Positions 12,101 to 24,875 of a stretch of DNA of 64,000 nucleotides are shown piece after piece. The stretch comes from Anthoceros angustus (lineage: Eukaryota > Plantae > Anthocerotophyta), in contig VJWM01000314.1 in assembly GCA_010909165.1 (NCBI GenBank), forward strand, positions 19,046 to 83,045. The letters run 5' to 3'. Position 1 is the stretch's first letter. Every line of letters starts with the position of its first letter. The position numbers and the translations under genes were made by a program. A model generated the notes under the pieces. The model worked only from the letters and a program-made list of their open reading frames with translations, ran no database searches and was not told the DNA's origin.

Positions 12101-14112
12101 ATTACTTCCCAATTTTGTTGTGTGCTCAAGCTTCACTTCCAAACACTCCTTTTCTCGCGAGGAGCCCTTGCGGCTCCTTCCCTTGCCTTTCCAATTTGGC
12201 TGCCTTTTCCTCCTTCTCCCTTGATTTCTTCTCCTCCTCGCGAGGAGCCCTTGCGGCTCCTTCAATGTGTCTCTTCCTCTTCTACTCTCCTCTCTCCTTC
12301 ACCTTCTCGGCGCTCCAACTCGCTCTTGCTCTTCTCCTTCCCCTTCTTTTGCGCTCCTTCAATGTGTCTCTTCCTCCGGCCATGTCTTGAGCCTCCACTT
12401 GACTCCTTGATGCTCTCGGTCTTCCGCCTCCTCTTCCTCCATTCGACCCGTTCTTCTCCTCTTGCCTCTCTCGTAGGCACAAAGGAGATGGTGGGGACTC
12501 CCCACTCTCATCACCCCTCCTGTGGTCCTTCTCTCATAGACCACCATTCGGCCTTCTCGGCCGCTTCTTGCTCTTCTCCCTTGCTTGCTCACAGGAAGGA
12601 TTCCCACTCGGCAACTTGTTGCCTCGAACCTTCTCCTCTTGCTCTAGCATGCTTGTGGAGTCGACCTCCCACCGTCTTCCAATGCAAAGGCAAAGGCCTT
12701 TCCAACCTCTGGAGATGGATGACCTCAAAGGGATGCCATGCATCTTCAAGCTCCTTGCTTGTGAGAAGTCCCTCGGTTTCCCATAAATGCACCAAATAGG
12801 TGCTAAGATAGCAGGGCCTTGGCCTTCCTCATCCACGAATTTGGCTTGAGGAGCTTCTCGATGGTGGATGTAGGCCTCATACATGATAGTCCCCAATCGG
12901 CTTGGCTCCCATGGAAATCTTCCACAAAATTGGAGGAAGTTGGTCTTTGAAATAAGAGTGCGTTGGTAATTTACCAACTGCACAATCTTTGCGAAGAGCC
13001 TCCACTTGACTCCTTGATGCTCTCGGTCTTCCAGCCATTCTTGGCGTGGGCTTCACTCCTCCATCCATCATGTCAAGGAACTCCTGCGGGATGTCGGAGG
13101 CTGTCCTCTTCCCCCATTCAACCTTTCGAGGAGAGCAATTCGAGCTCTCTTCCTCCGGTCTTCCATACACACTGTCGAATACTTCTCACGGTCCAGCGGG
13201 ATCCGTTCTAGCATTCCTTCCGTGGCGGCGGCTTCCGATTGATGGAGGTTGATGTAACACTCCTCAATCAATTCCAAATTGGTGTAGGCCCATTGGCGGC
13301 CATACACCCATCCTAGTTGGATGTTCTCCTCCTCGCCTTGAAAATCAACCAAATCTGGGGTTGAGCTGCCCGGCAAAGCAAGTGAATTGGGGCATCACAA
13401 GTTCACCTCCCTGGCCCAGCTCCACCTTTTCCTTTCCTCCTTCTCTCCTCGCGAGGAAGAGCCCTTGCGGCTCCTTCCCTTGCCTTTTCCACTCGAGGCA
13501 TGGCACCTTCCTTCTCCTCTTGCTCTAGCAAGAGGATTACTTCCCAATTTTGTTGTGTGCTCAAGCTTCACTTCCAAACACTCCTTCTTCTCCTTGATGC
13601 TCTCGGTCTTCCACTGAGCACAAGCACGTTAGCCACATCTTGAGCCTCCACTTGACTCCTTGATTTCTTCTCCCTTGATTTCTTCTCCTCCTCGCGAGGA
13701 GCCCTTGCGGCTCCTTCCCTTGATTTCTTCTCCTCCTTCTACTCTCACTCTCCTTCACCTTCTCCCTTGATTTCTTCTCGGCGCTCCATCCGCTCTCCCA
13801 CAGCGGAGATGGTGGCCTCGGCGCTCCTTCAATGTGTCTCTTCCTCCATTCGACCTTTCGAGGAGAGCAATTCGAGCTCTCTTCCTCCGGTCTTCCGCCT
13901 CCTCTTTCTCCTTTCCTCCTTCTCCTCCTCCGCCTTCCTCTCGCGAGGAGCCCTTGCGGCGGCGGCGATGGCGGCTTCTCCTTCCTTCTTTTGCGCTCCG
14001 GCTCGATCTCTTGGGAGTGAGTTCGCCTTAGCTCGAAGGAAGTTGGCGCCCCAAGCGCACTTTGCCCTTTGGATGGCGCCACTGGCGGCCACAACCCTAG
14101 ATTTTTCATCAT
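3200..14112 (-). pseudogene. Extra 3' ORF of unit 1 (env-like position), frameshifted, with modules repeated 2-4 times
   Basis: Protein-like minus-strand fragments recur: MPQFTCFAGQLNPEIWLIFK...GWVYGRQWAYTNLELIEECYINLHQ; ISKTNFLQFLWKISMGAKPDWG; CYLSTYLVHLWETEGLL...GRRWEVDLHKML; coiled-coil-like IMEANEEHFAQLEQERAKQR; acidic ASDFDEAISEMDSEESEES. Both ends of the ORF are uncertain. Confidence 0.65.
3819..4111 (-). repeat. Partial LTR copy (5' ~300 bp) next to a PPT
   Basis: Matches 1423-1717 with the same GGGGCG entry point as the copy at 2432. Confidence 0.8.
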
Positions 14113-14569
14113 TCCAAAATCCTAATCTATCTAAATACCTATTTTCCTACTCGCCTAATTAATCTCTTGCTAATTACTCTATATATTTATTCCCTATTGG
14201 TGAGCATATATAGTGGATATCCCCTCTATTCTAATTTCCTTTTAGCGAGATTTGTCGACCTACGGCGTGGTGTGGCGACCTACGGCGTGGTGTGGCGACC
14301 TACGGTGATGCCGACCTACCAACCTTTGGATGTTCTCCTCCTCGCGAGGAGCCCTTGCGGCTCCTTCAATGTGTCTCTTCCTCCATTCGACCCGTTCTTC
14401 TTCCTCTGGGATATCCTTTTGCCTTCCTAACAATATCCTACAACTCCGACTTCAAGATTCTCGAAAATTTCTTGGCATGCTCCTCTTCAATCGTTCTTAG
14501 CCAAAAAAATCAAACTTGTTGTCTTGGCTCTTTTGGGCTGGTTGCCCAAACTTTTCGTTCCACATACTC

Positions 14570-15830
14570 CCCACCTCACTGTTTGCGTCCTGCAAACAGT
14601 ACTCAGTGAGGTACTTCTTGACCTTCCACCCATTGACTCGGTGATAATTCGCCCCCAATGCAGTTGCGGATCCATTCTCGTATCTGCGACCACCTCGTAA
14701 GGTCCCATCCATCTCTTAGCCTAAGCTTCCTGGAAAGTCTAGGTACCGACTATCATATAGAAGAACCAAATCCCGTCCACGATAGCCTCTTGCTTCCTCA
14801 ACCTCCCATCATGCCTTTTACGAGTTCACAGAATCCTGTTTCTTCTAAAGCATCCTCCCTCGTTCTTCCTGCTCTATGAATGATTCTAGTCTAACTACAC
14901 GGCTATCCTCTACGGTCATCGTTCATCCTCCATGATTACATGGGTAGGTACTTCAAATTCCACGGGCATCACGGTGACATGCCATATGTTAGATAATAAG
15001 GGTCTTTTGGTGGTTACCTTTTCCATGATCCTGTAAGCCCACAATGCGAATGCAACAGCATCCCAATCATACATGTGTGTCACAGTACCTTGGTGAGGAT
15101 TGTGCGAGCAACCCATTCGTCTTCTCCGTTAATCCATTCGCCTTTGGGGTTGTAGGGGTCGTCTTCGATGCGAATGTTGAAGTAGGTGGTTAGGGACTCA
15201 ACGACCGAGTTGAGGAAATGTGTCCCCGGTGACCAACTCTAAAGGACATCCATACGGTTATGATGTTCTCGAATAGAAACTTGGCTCTGCGGTGCGTCGT
15301 CCTTCCTTGTTGCTTGACTTCCACCATCTTGTACAATAATCCGTAGCCACCAAAATGTCACTTCCTCGTCCATTGCGTTGGTGGTTTGATCGGCCCTACG
15401 AAATCGATTCCCCACTTCTCGAACGGTGCTAGCGGCAGGATGTAGGTAAGAGGCCATTGTGTCGACAACGTAGGCCGCCCAACCCTCTGACACGCATCAC
15501 ACCTCCGGGTGAACTCCCACACATCCTTTTGCATCGTAGCCCACCAAAACCCGGCATTCAAAATCTTCTTAACGGTCACCTGCACCGAATAGTGTCCACC
15601 TGCCTCTTCTGCATGCAACGCCTCCGTGACGAGTGCAGCCTCCTTAGCGAGACAGTCGGATCTTTCGTCGGCCCAAGTTTATGCAGGACACCTTCCTCAG
15701 ATGGGGTGCTTTATGGAAAGACCGCCCGTCCTTCCCTTGACAACCCATCGGCATGATGCCATGCTCCGAGAATTTCGTACTTCACGCTCAACAAATACCT
15801 CGGGCATGAACGCCCCTCGCGTCTAATCTT
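14570..15830 (-). pseudogene. Gypsy integrase (frameshifted)
   Basis: HHCC zinc finger HAEEAGGHYS...FWWATMQKDVWEFTRRCDACQR, core PFEKWGIDFVGPI, DWDAVAFALWAYR, and C-terminal WMGPYEVV / VNGWKVKKY. Confidence 0.92.
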
Positions 15831-16619
15831 CTCCTTCCAGGTGTGCACGTCTCCTCCTCCTAGGACGTTCGTTAGTGGCTCCAGATGGCGTGTATCCATC
15901 CTCTGGCCCACGGCTTCCCCAATCCGGTTGTAAAGTTGTGCGCTCACCAAGCTGTCCTTCAAGCTTGTCATGGGATGCTCCTTCCTTCATTAACAGGTTG
16001 ATTTCGTCTGCCCCTGTCGGCCCAACTTCGTGTCTGGGTCCATCTCGTGCTCCCATGGCGACCTCCTCGACTTGTTGCACCTCCATGGTCGGATTTTGAG
16101 GATTGCCCACAGATCGCCAACTCCCCCTTTTGCAATTTTTCTTCAAGCTTGTCATGGGATGAAGCTCCTTCCTCGCCCTCTGGCGCACCCACCTCCTAGG
16201 CGTCTCCTCCTCCTAGGCGTCTCCTCCTCGCCTCATGGCGCACAGCCGACCTCGCCAAGTGGGGGCCTTCCTCGCTCAAAAGCGGTGCTCTCATGTCGTT
16301 TTGCTTCCTTGCCAACGTGTGGCCTCACTTGCAGCCCCTGACTGCTCACCCTTGAGGATTCAGCCTCCTCCTTGCAGCCCCTGCTCACCCTTGAGAATTC
16401 AGCCTCCTCCTTGCCCATGCTGGCGCCATCCTATCTCCTCGGTTCCAGTTGTCTGCTGCGCTTTTCACTGCGCTCCCTTCTTGCTCATTTGGCCTCTGCG
16501 GGCAAGCTTGCTGATCAATTCTTAGGCCTTCGACAACATGCTCACCTCCTTCCCTTGACTTGGGTCATGGTAACCAACTCCTCGTCGAAATCGATCATCG
16601 TGGCTTCAAGTCGCTCTCC

Positions 16620-18990
16620 GGTTTCGGAGAAATGAAATCGGCATTCGATGTTGCTTCCTGGCCTGGTTTCTCGTCATAGTCAAACTCTTGCAGCGGTAAT
16701 ACCCATCGGCAATCCTTCACGACAAATCGGCTTGTTGACAAGATACTTCAGCAAAATGGTCAACATGAAGCGTAACCTTGCAAGCGGATAGTGTCTAAAC
16801 TTCTTACGAGTAAATGATACCAAGACCCTCCGCTCCGTGGTTGAGTAGTTCTTTTCGCATCCGTGAGTTGTCTACGCATAGAAAATCGGATGATCCGTTT
16901 CTTCTCATCTTTCGACTAAGGCGGTCCCAATGGCATAGCGGACACATCACGTATACATGAAGCGGCTTCCCCAATCCGGTTGTAAAGTTGTGCGCTCACC
17001 AAGCATCCTTCAAGCTGAAAAGCCTCTGCGTCGTCCATTCGAAGGTGTATCCTTTTTGGTTAATTGTGTCAACAAGGCGCCTTCTTGGCGAAATCCTTGA
17101 TGAACCTCCTGTAATACCCACTAGCCCTACAAAAGCTACTTTTGCCTTTGTGCGTCCATCTCGACTATCACGCTACCTTCTCTTTATCTACACCAATCCT
17201 CGTCTGAAACTCGATGTGCTAATAGAATGCCCTCGTCATGCCAAAATAACACTTCACGGATGAAGTTTCATGTTCGACTCTGCATTTAAAGCATTGCCTC
17301 AAATGGTCTAAATGCAGTTCCTTCTCCCAAATACGAAATCATCTAGGAATACCTCCATGAACTTCTCGGAAATCTCGGAATATCGCGTTCACCACTGGAA
17401 AGTGGCGGGGCATTACACAACCGAAGGGAGCTTGAATAGGCATAAGTTCCCCAATCCGTCGTGAGCGTTGTCTTTGTCTGATCCTCCTTGCGCCCATGCT
17501 GGCGCCATCCTATCTCCTCGGTTCCAGTTGTCCTGCTGCGGCTTTTCACTGCGCTCCCTTCTTCTTGATTTGGCCCCTCTGCGGGCAAGCTTGCTGATCA
17601 ATTCTTAGGCCTTGACAACATGCTCACCTCCTTCCCCTTGACTTGGGTCATGGTAACCAACTCCTCGTCGAAATCGATCATCGTGGCTTCAAGTCGCTCT
17701 CCGGTTTCGGAGAAATGAAATCAGCATTCGATGTTGCTTCCACGGCCTGGTTTCTCGTCATAGTCAAACTCTTGCAGCGGTAATACCCATCGGCAATCCT
17801 TCGACAAATCGGCTTGTTGACAAGATACTTCAGCAAAATGATCGACATGGAGCGTAACCTTGCAGCGGATAGTGTCTAAACTTCTTACGAGTAAATGATA
17901 CCAAGACCCTCCGCTCCGTGGTTGAGTAGTTCTTTTCGCATCCGTGTGTCTACGCATAGAAAATCGGATGATCCGTTTCTTCTCATCTTTCGACTAAAGG
18001 CGGTCCCAATAGCATAGCGGACACATCCACGTATACATGAAGCGGCTTCCCCAATCCGGTTGTAAAGTTGGTGCGCTCACCAAGCTGTCCTTCAAGCTGA
18101 AAAGCCTCTGCGTGCGTCGTCCATTCGAAGGTGTATCCTTTTTGGTTAATTGTGTCAACAAGGCGCCTTCTTGGCGAAATCCTTGATGAACCTCTGTAAT
18201 ACCCACTAGCCCTACAAAAGCTACTTTTGCCTTACCGTGCGTCCATCTCGACTATCGCTACCTTCTCTTTATCTACACCAATCCTCGTCTGAAACTCGAT
18301 GTGCTAATAGAATGCCCTCCGTCATGCCAAAATAACACTTCCGGATGAAGTTTCATGTTCGACTCCTGCATTTAAAGCATTGCCTCAAATGGTCTAAATG
18401 CAAGTTCCTTCTCCCAAATACACGAAATCATCCGGAATACCTCCATGAACTTCTCGGAAATCTCGGAAGATCGCGTTCACCACTGGAAAGTGGCGGGGCA
18501 TTGCACAAGCGAAGGGAGCTTGAATAGCGTAAGTTCCCCAATCCGTGTGAGCGTTGTTTTGTCACGATCCTCCTTCCGAAATTTGATTGTACCGAATATC
18601 CATCCAAGCTGTACATCTCATGCCCGCTCATGTCAACACACTGTCCATGAAAGGTAAAGGGTGATGATCCTTCTTCGTTGCTTCATTGAGTTTTGAAATC
18701 TTGACACACCGAACCTTTCCTGCTTCTTTGGTACAATCACGATGGGCGACCCACTCCTTTGGTGAGCCGGATAAATCACCCACCTCCAAGTATTGGTCGG
18801 TGATCCTTAACAACCATGGAATACTTGGGATTCGGCTGTATTGCTTGATCCTCGTCTTGCCCTCCTTCAAATCTATTCGATGTATTCCCGGTTCTTCCGG
18901 TATCCTGTCATGTCGTAATCTTGAAGGCAAACACATCGACATATTCTCTAAGGACCCTCTGAAACTCTTCTTTTCTATCGCCTAGGTACT
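16620..18990 (-). pseudogene. Gypsy reverse transcriptase plus RNase H (frameshifted), with a ~1.07-kb tandem duplication
   Basis: Motifs [53 protein letters not shown] and LTQLTKKD, and the RNase H end RWVLPLQEFD...KPG. 16420-17480 repeats 17490-18560. Confidence 0.92.
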
Positions 18991-19189
18991 TAGAAAATCT
19001 TGACTACCTTGCTAGGTTCTAACTCTAGGTCTTCTACCGCATCGGGATCTACATATGTTCCTCGGGTGCTGCCTATCTTGGTTCGGATCCCTCTTAGGAA
19101 AGTCTCGCTCATAAGCTGCCCTTCAAAAGGCTACTCCTTCTCTATGGGCCTCATCCTCGGACTCCTCTGACTTCCTCTATATGTAAGCA

Positions 19190-19930
19190 GGCATACACCA
19201 AAATCACTCTTTATTTGACCTCGTGAGGACCCCGATATGCTCGATCCTTTGCAGGAGCTTACCCCGTGCTACGAGGTGTACCGTCGGTGGGTTGCGGACT
19301 CCCCTCATAAGGAGCCTTACTCCATGACACAAAAGCAATCGCCGCAGTCCGTATCTCTTGGACTTGAAGGTGATGCCACTCGACCAAAATCAAAAACACG
19401 CGGTACCATACAACCAAGGCCTACCTATCAAAACCTTATAGCCTAAATCCGGCGCATCACAATGTAGGTAAGATGGAAGGTGAGTCCCAATTATAGTGGG
19501 CACGTCCTTGGCACCCCAGTGGCTTTCTCCTTGCAGTCGGCCATCCGTAAAAATACTCGGGCGGGTGAAACTCGGTGAACCCGAGTTGATGAGCCGTCTC
19601 CTCCGTCATCAAGTTGACTCGATCCGAATCTAATGGCACGTCGGGCACCAAACACCCGCAATCTCAACCTCAATCTCGGGTGCCCCAAATCAATGAGTTC
19701 GACCACATTTACCTCCGCCGCTTTCTCCCTCCTCGCTTGAGATTCCCGATCGCCTCCTTCACAATTTTGCGGGATCTCGGACTCACATAGCAAGCATCTC
19801 AGGCCCGACCACAAATTCGCGGTCAAGTAATGCGTCGTGGCGGAGATTTTATCGACAAGGTTTCCTCCCGCTTGCAGCCACAGCTGGTCGACTCCGACCT
19901 TATTGGTAAAGTTCGATTCCATGATCCTCC
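19190..19930 (-). pseudogene. Gypsy aspartic protease region (frameshifted)
   Basis: LIDLGHP...VPDVPLDS(G)..VNLMTEETAHQLGF gives a D-S-G active-site context near 19620-19640, located between gag and RT. Confidence 0.75.
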
Positions 19931-19999
19931 TATCGGTGGGACCCATACCGTGGATCACGATTCAGCTCTGCGACCCTGCTTCCGTGTCGGGTGAGCTGT

Positions 20000-22900
20000 T
20001 TAATTCATCTTCCAGCATTGCCGCTACTTCTCGACTAATGTCGGGAGGAAACGCGGTTCGTTCCTCCCCCTCCTTTGGTCCTTCGTTGCCTCGTTGAGTA
20101 GTGTCACTCGCGTCACCCGTGGTGCCGGACTGGGGTAGTCTGCCTTCCTGCTTGGACTGGACGGTCTTGTTCCTGCTCCTCTTCGTGCGCGCGCGTCTCC
20201 GGAGGCCATGGTGAGTCATCCCTCACCTTCCTCCGTTCCTTCCTCATCGCCGTTTTCCGATCGTCCTTTCTCGCGGCCCGACACGGTGGTTACCACGGCC
20301 ACCATCAACCTTTCATCCGCTCATCTCTCCTCGTATCCTTCCTCCACGATCACGTCCTGGATCCCTCGAGGGAATCATACTCCGCTTCCACCTTCAACAG
20401 GTGTTGTGGTCACGGTAATTGCGGTTTCAGAGTTGGGTCGTGCCTCTTCGCTGCTCGTAAACGACTCTGGTCGTGGTGTCACTCGCGTCACCCGTGCATC
20501 ACAGGGTCCCCATTTTATGTCCCAATTCCTTACATACACAGCAAAGGGTACATAACCTACTTGCTTCCGTGGTTACGGGCATTCGTTGAGTAGTGTCACG
20601 GGGCTCCGCAATTATAACACCCACTGTGGAATTGCCATCGGTGATGGATCGGTCTCCATTGTCCGGCGATGTCGGACGTGAGCCATACCTTGAGGGTTCT
20701 CAACTTGCCAAGTGTGGTGTGCGTCGGTTGGTAAGTCGCTCTCATTGATTGAGGTGGTGACTTCCGGTGACCGCTTGCACAATGCGCCTCGTCCACGTAC
20801 CAATAATCTCGGCATAACGGTTTCCACATGATTTACGCGTGTCGCGGTGCGAATACATTCTCGGTTGGTGTGTCCCGTTTGATGACAGATTGAGCAATAC
20901 ACCAACTGTCTCGCCGGTGAGGGAGATCTTCGTGGAGCTTGATTCTTCACCGCTTTGACCTCTAACTCGGTCAACCTCTTGGTCAAAGCCTCCACTTGTC
21001 CAGCAATCCCTCCTCCTGCTGCAGACGTTTCTCCCTTCTCCATCCGACGGACCGTCTTCCCTTTCCTCTCCTTCTCCAATGCGCGTTCCGCCTCCTCTTG
21101 TCGTTTTTTGACCTTCTCCAGGTCCTTCCTCATTCGTCGTTCGTAGGCCTTCTCCGATTCCTCATCCGATGTGGAGCCTTCCTGAGTTCCGCTGTCCTCA
21201 CTTTCTGATGTGGAAGGCGGCGAGCTGGAGGAGGTGAGGAAGGCGAGCTAGATCTCCTCGATCCTTTCCTCTTCTTATGACTCCGCCTCTTCTTCCTCCT
21301 TCTCCCCGGCGGACTCCCATTCCTCGGCTAAGCGGAGGCCCCTTAACGTCTTCGTTCCGCTGCAGTGTACCTCCATTTTCGTGACAAGCCACTCACAAAC
21401 CAATCCAGCGCTTGTTCTTGTGAGTACCAGTGGGTGGATCTCCGGCCTCTCGGGTGCACATTTGAACCCGATCCGGATATCCATAAAACCTCTCCACATA
21501 ATCGAACAACGACTCTCGTTTCTTCCTTGGAGGGTTCTCAACTTGCCAAGTGTGGTGTGCGTGAGCCCTCGGAACCGATTCAAGAAGGCTGCCTTAAGAG
21601 CTTCCCAATCGTGGCGCACGAATTATATGCGACCATACCAGCATTGGGCATGCCCTCTCGGATCCGGAAGATCGTGATCGCTCGGCGACTCCATCCTCTA
21701 AATTCGCGTGGGAGACGTGCTCGAAAGTTCTGACAAACGCCTCCGCATCATCTCCCTTCTTCTTCTCGCCGAATTTGACGTATTGCTGGCGACTATGAAG
21801 TTGGGGCGGTCCTCCTCCTCCACCAACTCCACTCATGTTGCTCGTTCGGAGTGTCCACGCTGGACCAACACTCCTCTCGCCGGGGTAACAGGAAACAAAT
21901 CGGGATCCTTGAGCACGAAAATCTTCTACCAGCAAGGGAGTAGCGACCTCCCCTCTAGTCCGTCCCAAAAGATCAATCTGATCAGCGATTCGATCGAGTC
22001 GTTCCGCCAAATCCTCCGACCAAGCCTGAAACTCCCGCTGACGTTTCTCCCTTCTCCATCCGACGGACCGTCTTCCCTTTCCTCTCCTTCTCCAATGCGT
22101 TCCGCCTCCTCTTGTCGTTTGACCTTCTCGGGTCCTTCTCATTTCGTTCGTAGGCCTTCTCGATTCCTCATCCGATGTGGAGCTTTCTTGAGTTCATTGT
22201 CCTCACTTTCGATGAGGAAGAGGCGGCGAGCTGGAGGAGGTGAGGAAGGCGAGCTAGATCTCCTCGATCCTTCCTCTTCTTATGACTTCGCCTCTTCTTC
22301 CTCCTTCTCCCTCGGCGGACTCCCATTCCTCGGCTAAGCGGAGGCCCCTTAACGTCTTCGTTCCGCTGCAGTGTACCTCCATTTTCGTGACAAGCCACTC
22401 ACAAACCAATCCAGCTTGTTCTTGTGAGTACCAGTGGGTGGATCTCCGGCCTCTCGGGTGCACATTTGAACTCGATCCGGATATCCATAAAACCTCTCCA
22501 CATAATCGAACAAGACTCGTTTCTTCCTTGAAGGGTTCTCAACTTGCCAAGTGTGGTGTGCGTGGCGAGCCCTCGGAACCGATTCAAGAAGGCTGCCTTA
22601 AGAGCTTCCCAATCGTGGCGCACGAATTATATGTGCGACCATACCCTTTGTGGGCATGCCCTCTCAGCGATCCGGAAGATCGCGATCGCTCGGCGACTCC
22701 ATCCTCCAAATTAGCGTGGGAGGCGTGCTCAAAGTTCTTACAAGCGCCTCCGCATCATCTCCCTTCTTCTTCTCGCCGAATTTGGCGTATTCTTGGCGAC
22801 TATGAAGTTGGCGGTCCTCCTCCACCAACTCCACTCATGTTGCTCGTTGAGTGTCCACGGACCAACACTCCTCTCGCCGGGGTAACGAAACAAATCGGGA

Positions 22901-24875
22901 TCCTTGAGCACGAAAATCTTCTACCGAGGAGTAGCGACCTCCCTCTAGTCGTCCCAAAGATCAATCGATCGCGATTCGATCGAGTCGTTCGCCAAATCCT
23001 CCGACCAAGCACGAAACTCCCGCTCGGCGACCTCGTCGTCCTTTCGATTCATTTGGAAGATGAGGTGGTGCCACCGCTTTGAGAAGCAAAGCGTCGCGGG
23101 CGTTCGCGGCGGTTGTGGAAGGCAACTCGTGCTCGGAGGCGCGGCCCTTCCTAAATCACGGACACCGGCTTCTCTTCTCGACCTCCTTCCTCTCGGCCGG
23201 TGATCTCGCCTCTTCTTCCTCCTTCTCCAATGCGTTCCGCACCTCGTCGCCTTGGCGTCAGGCGACTTCCTCCGCGTCGCTCGTGTCTCTACTTCCTCCT
23301 TCCTCTCGCGGTGGCGGCGGTAGCGGTCTCTTCCTTAGCGGTTTCTTCGTGGCTCGTAAATCTCTCGCGGTGGCGGTGAGGAGATCTTCGTGGAGCTTGA
23401 TTCTTCACGCCTTGACCTCCAACTCGGTCAATCTTTTGGTCAAAGCCTCCACTTGTCCGCAATCCCTCCTCCTCCTTCTCCCTTCTCCATCCGACGGACC
23501 GTCTTCCCTTCCTCTCCTTCTCCAATGCGCGTTCCGCCTCCTCTTGTCGTTTGACCTTCTCGGTCCTTCCTCATTTCGTTCGTAGGCCTTCTCGATTCCT
23601 CATCCGATGTGGAGCTTTCTTGAGTTCCATTGTCCTCACTTTCGATGAGGAAGAGGCGGCGAGCTGGAGGAGGTGAGGAAGGCGAGGAGCTAGATCTCCT
23701 CGATCCTTCCTCTTCTTATGACTCCGCCTCTTCTTCCTCCTTCTCCATCCGACGGACCGTCTTCCCTTCCTCGGCTAAGCGGAGGCCCCTTAACGTCTTC
23801 GTCCCGCTGCGGTGTACCTCCATTTTCGTGACAAGCCACTCACAAACCAATCCAGCTTGTTCTTGTGAGTACCAGTGGGTGGATCTCCGGCCTCTCGGGT
23901 GCACATTTGAACTCGATCCGGATATCCATAAAACCTCTCCACATAATCGAACAAGACTCGTTTCTTCCTTGAAGGGTTCTCAACTTGCCAAGTGTGGTGT
24001 GCGTGAGCCCTCGGAACCGATTCAAGAAGGCTGCCTTAAGAGCTTCCCAATCGTGGCGCACGAATTATATGCGACCATACCCTTTGTGGGCATGCCCTCT
24101 CAGCGATCCGGAAGATCGCGATCGCTCGGCGACTCCATCCTCCAAATTAGCGTGGGAGGCGTGCTCGAAAGTTCTTACAAGCGCCTCGCATCATCTCCCT
24201 TCTTCTTCGCCCGAATTTGGCGTATTCTTGGCGACTATGAAGTTGGTCCTCCTCCTCCACCAACTCCACTCATGTTGCTCGTTGAGTAGTGTCACGGACC
24301 AACACTCCTCTCGCCGGGGTAACGAAACAAATCGGGATCCTTGAGCACGAAAATCTTCTACCGGAGTAGCGACCTCCCTCTAGTCCGTCCCAAAGATCAA
24401 TCGATCGGTGATTCGATCGAGTCGTTCGCCAAATCCTCCGACCAAGCACGAAACTCCCGCTCGGCGACCTCGTCGTCCGTCGATTCTGGAAGATGAGGTG
24501 GTGCCACCGCTTTGAGAAGCAAAGCGTCGCGGGCGTTCGCGGCGGTTGTGAAGGCAACTCGTGCTCGGAGGCGCGGCCCTTCCTAAATCCTTTGGACACC
24601 GGCTTCTCTTCTCGACCTCCTTCCTCTCGGCCGGTGATCTCGCCTCTTCTTCCTCCTTCTCCCTTCTCCAATGCGTTCCGCACCTCGTCGCCTTGGCGTC
24701 AGGCGACTTCCTCCGCGTCGCTCGTGTCTCTACTTCCTCCCGCTCAGTGGCGGCGGTAGCGGTCTCTTCCCTTAGCGGTTTCTTCGTAAGCTCGTAAATC
24801 TCGCGGTGGCGGCGGTGGTGACCTTCGCGTGTATCTCCCGAGATCGACCCCTATCGACATCGCAACCATCCTCAT
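20000..24875 (-). pseudogene. gag: Gypsy gag, with the capsid part present three times (21.1-22.0, 22.1-23.5 and 23.6-24.9 kb)
   Basis: Retrotransposon-gag motif HDWEALKAAFLNRFRG occurs three times. CCHC knuckle CSICHQTGHTNREC at ~20855-20900. Candidate ATG at 24875, ~180 bp downstream of the PBS. Confidence 0.85.

Noticed and set aside
9000-13400. True retroviral envelope gene
   Set aside because: I see no signal peptide, furin site with fusion peptide, or clear transmembrane helix. Only the position is env-like.
14480-14720. Chromodomain at the integrase C-terminus
   Set aside because: INT ends with GPY and VNGWKVKKY followed by non-coding spacer, with no chromodomain pattern.
15830-24875. 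Programmed frameshifting or a diversity-generating retroelement explaining the frame changes and duplicated segments
   Set aside because: Indels are scattered and differ between copies, there is no adenine-specific TR/VR mismatch pattern, and the RT is of ordinary gypsy type.
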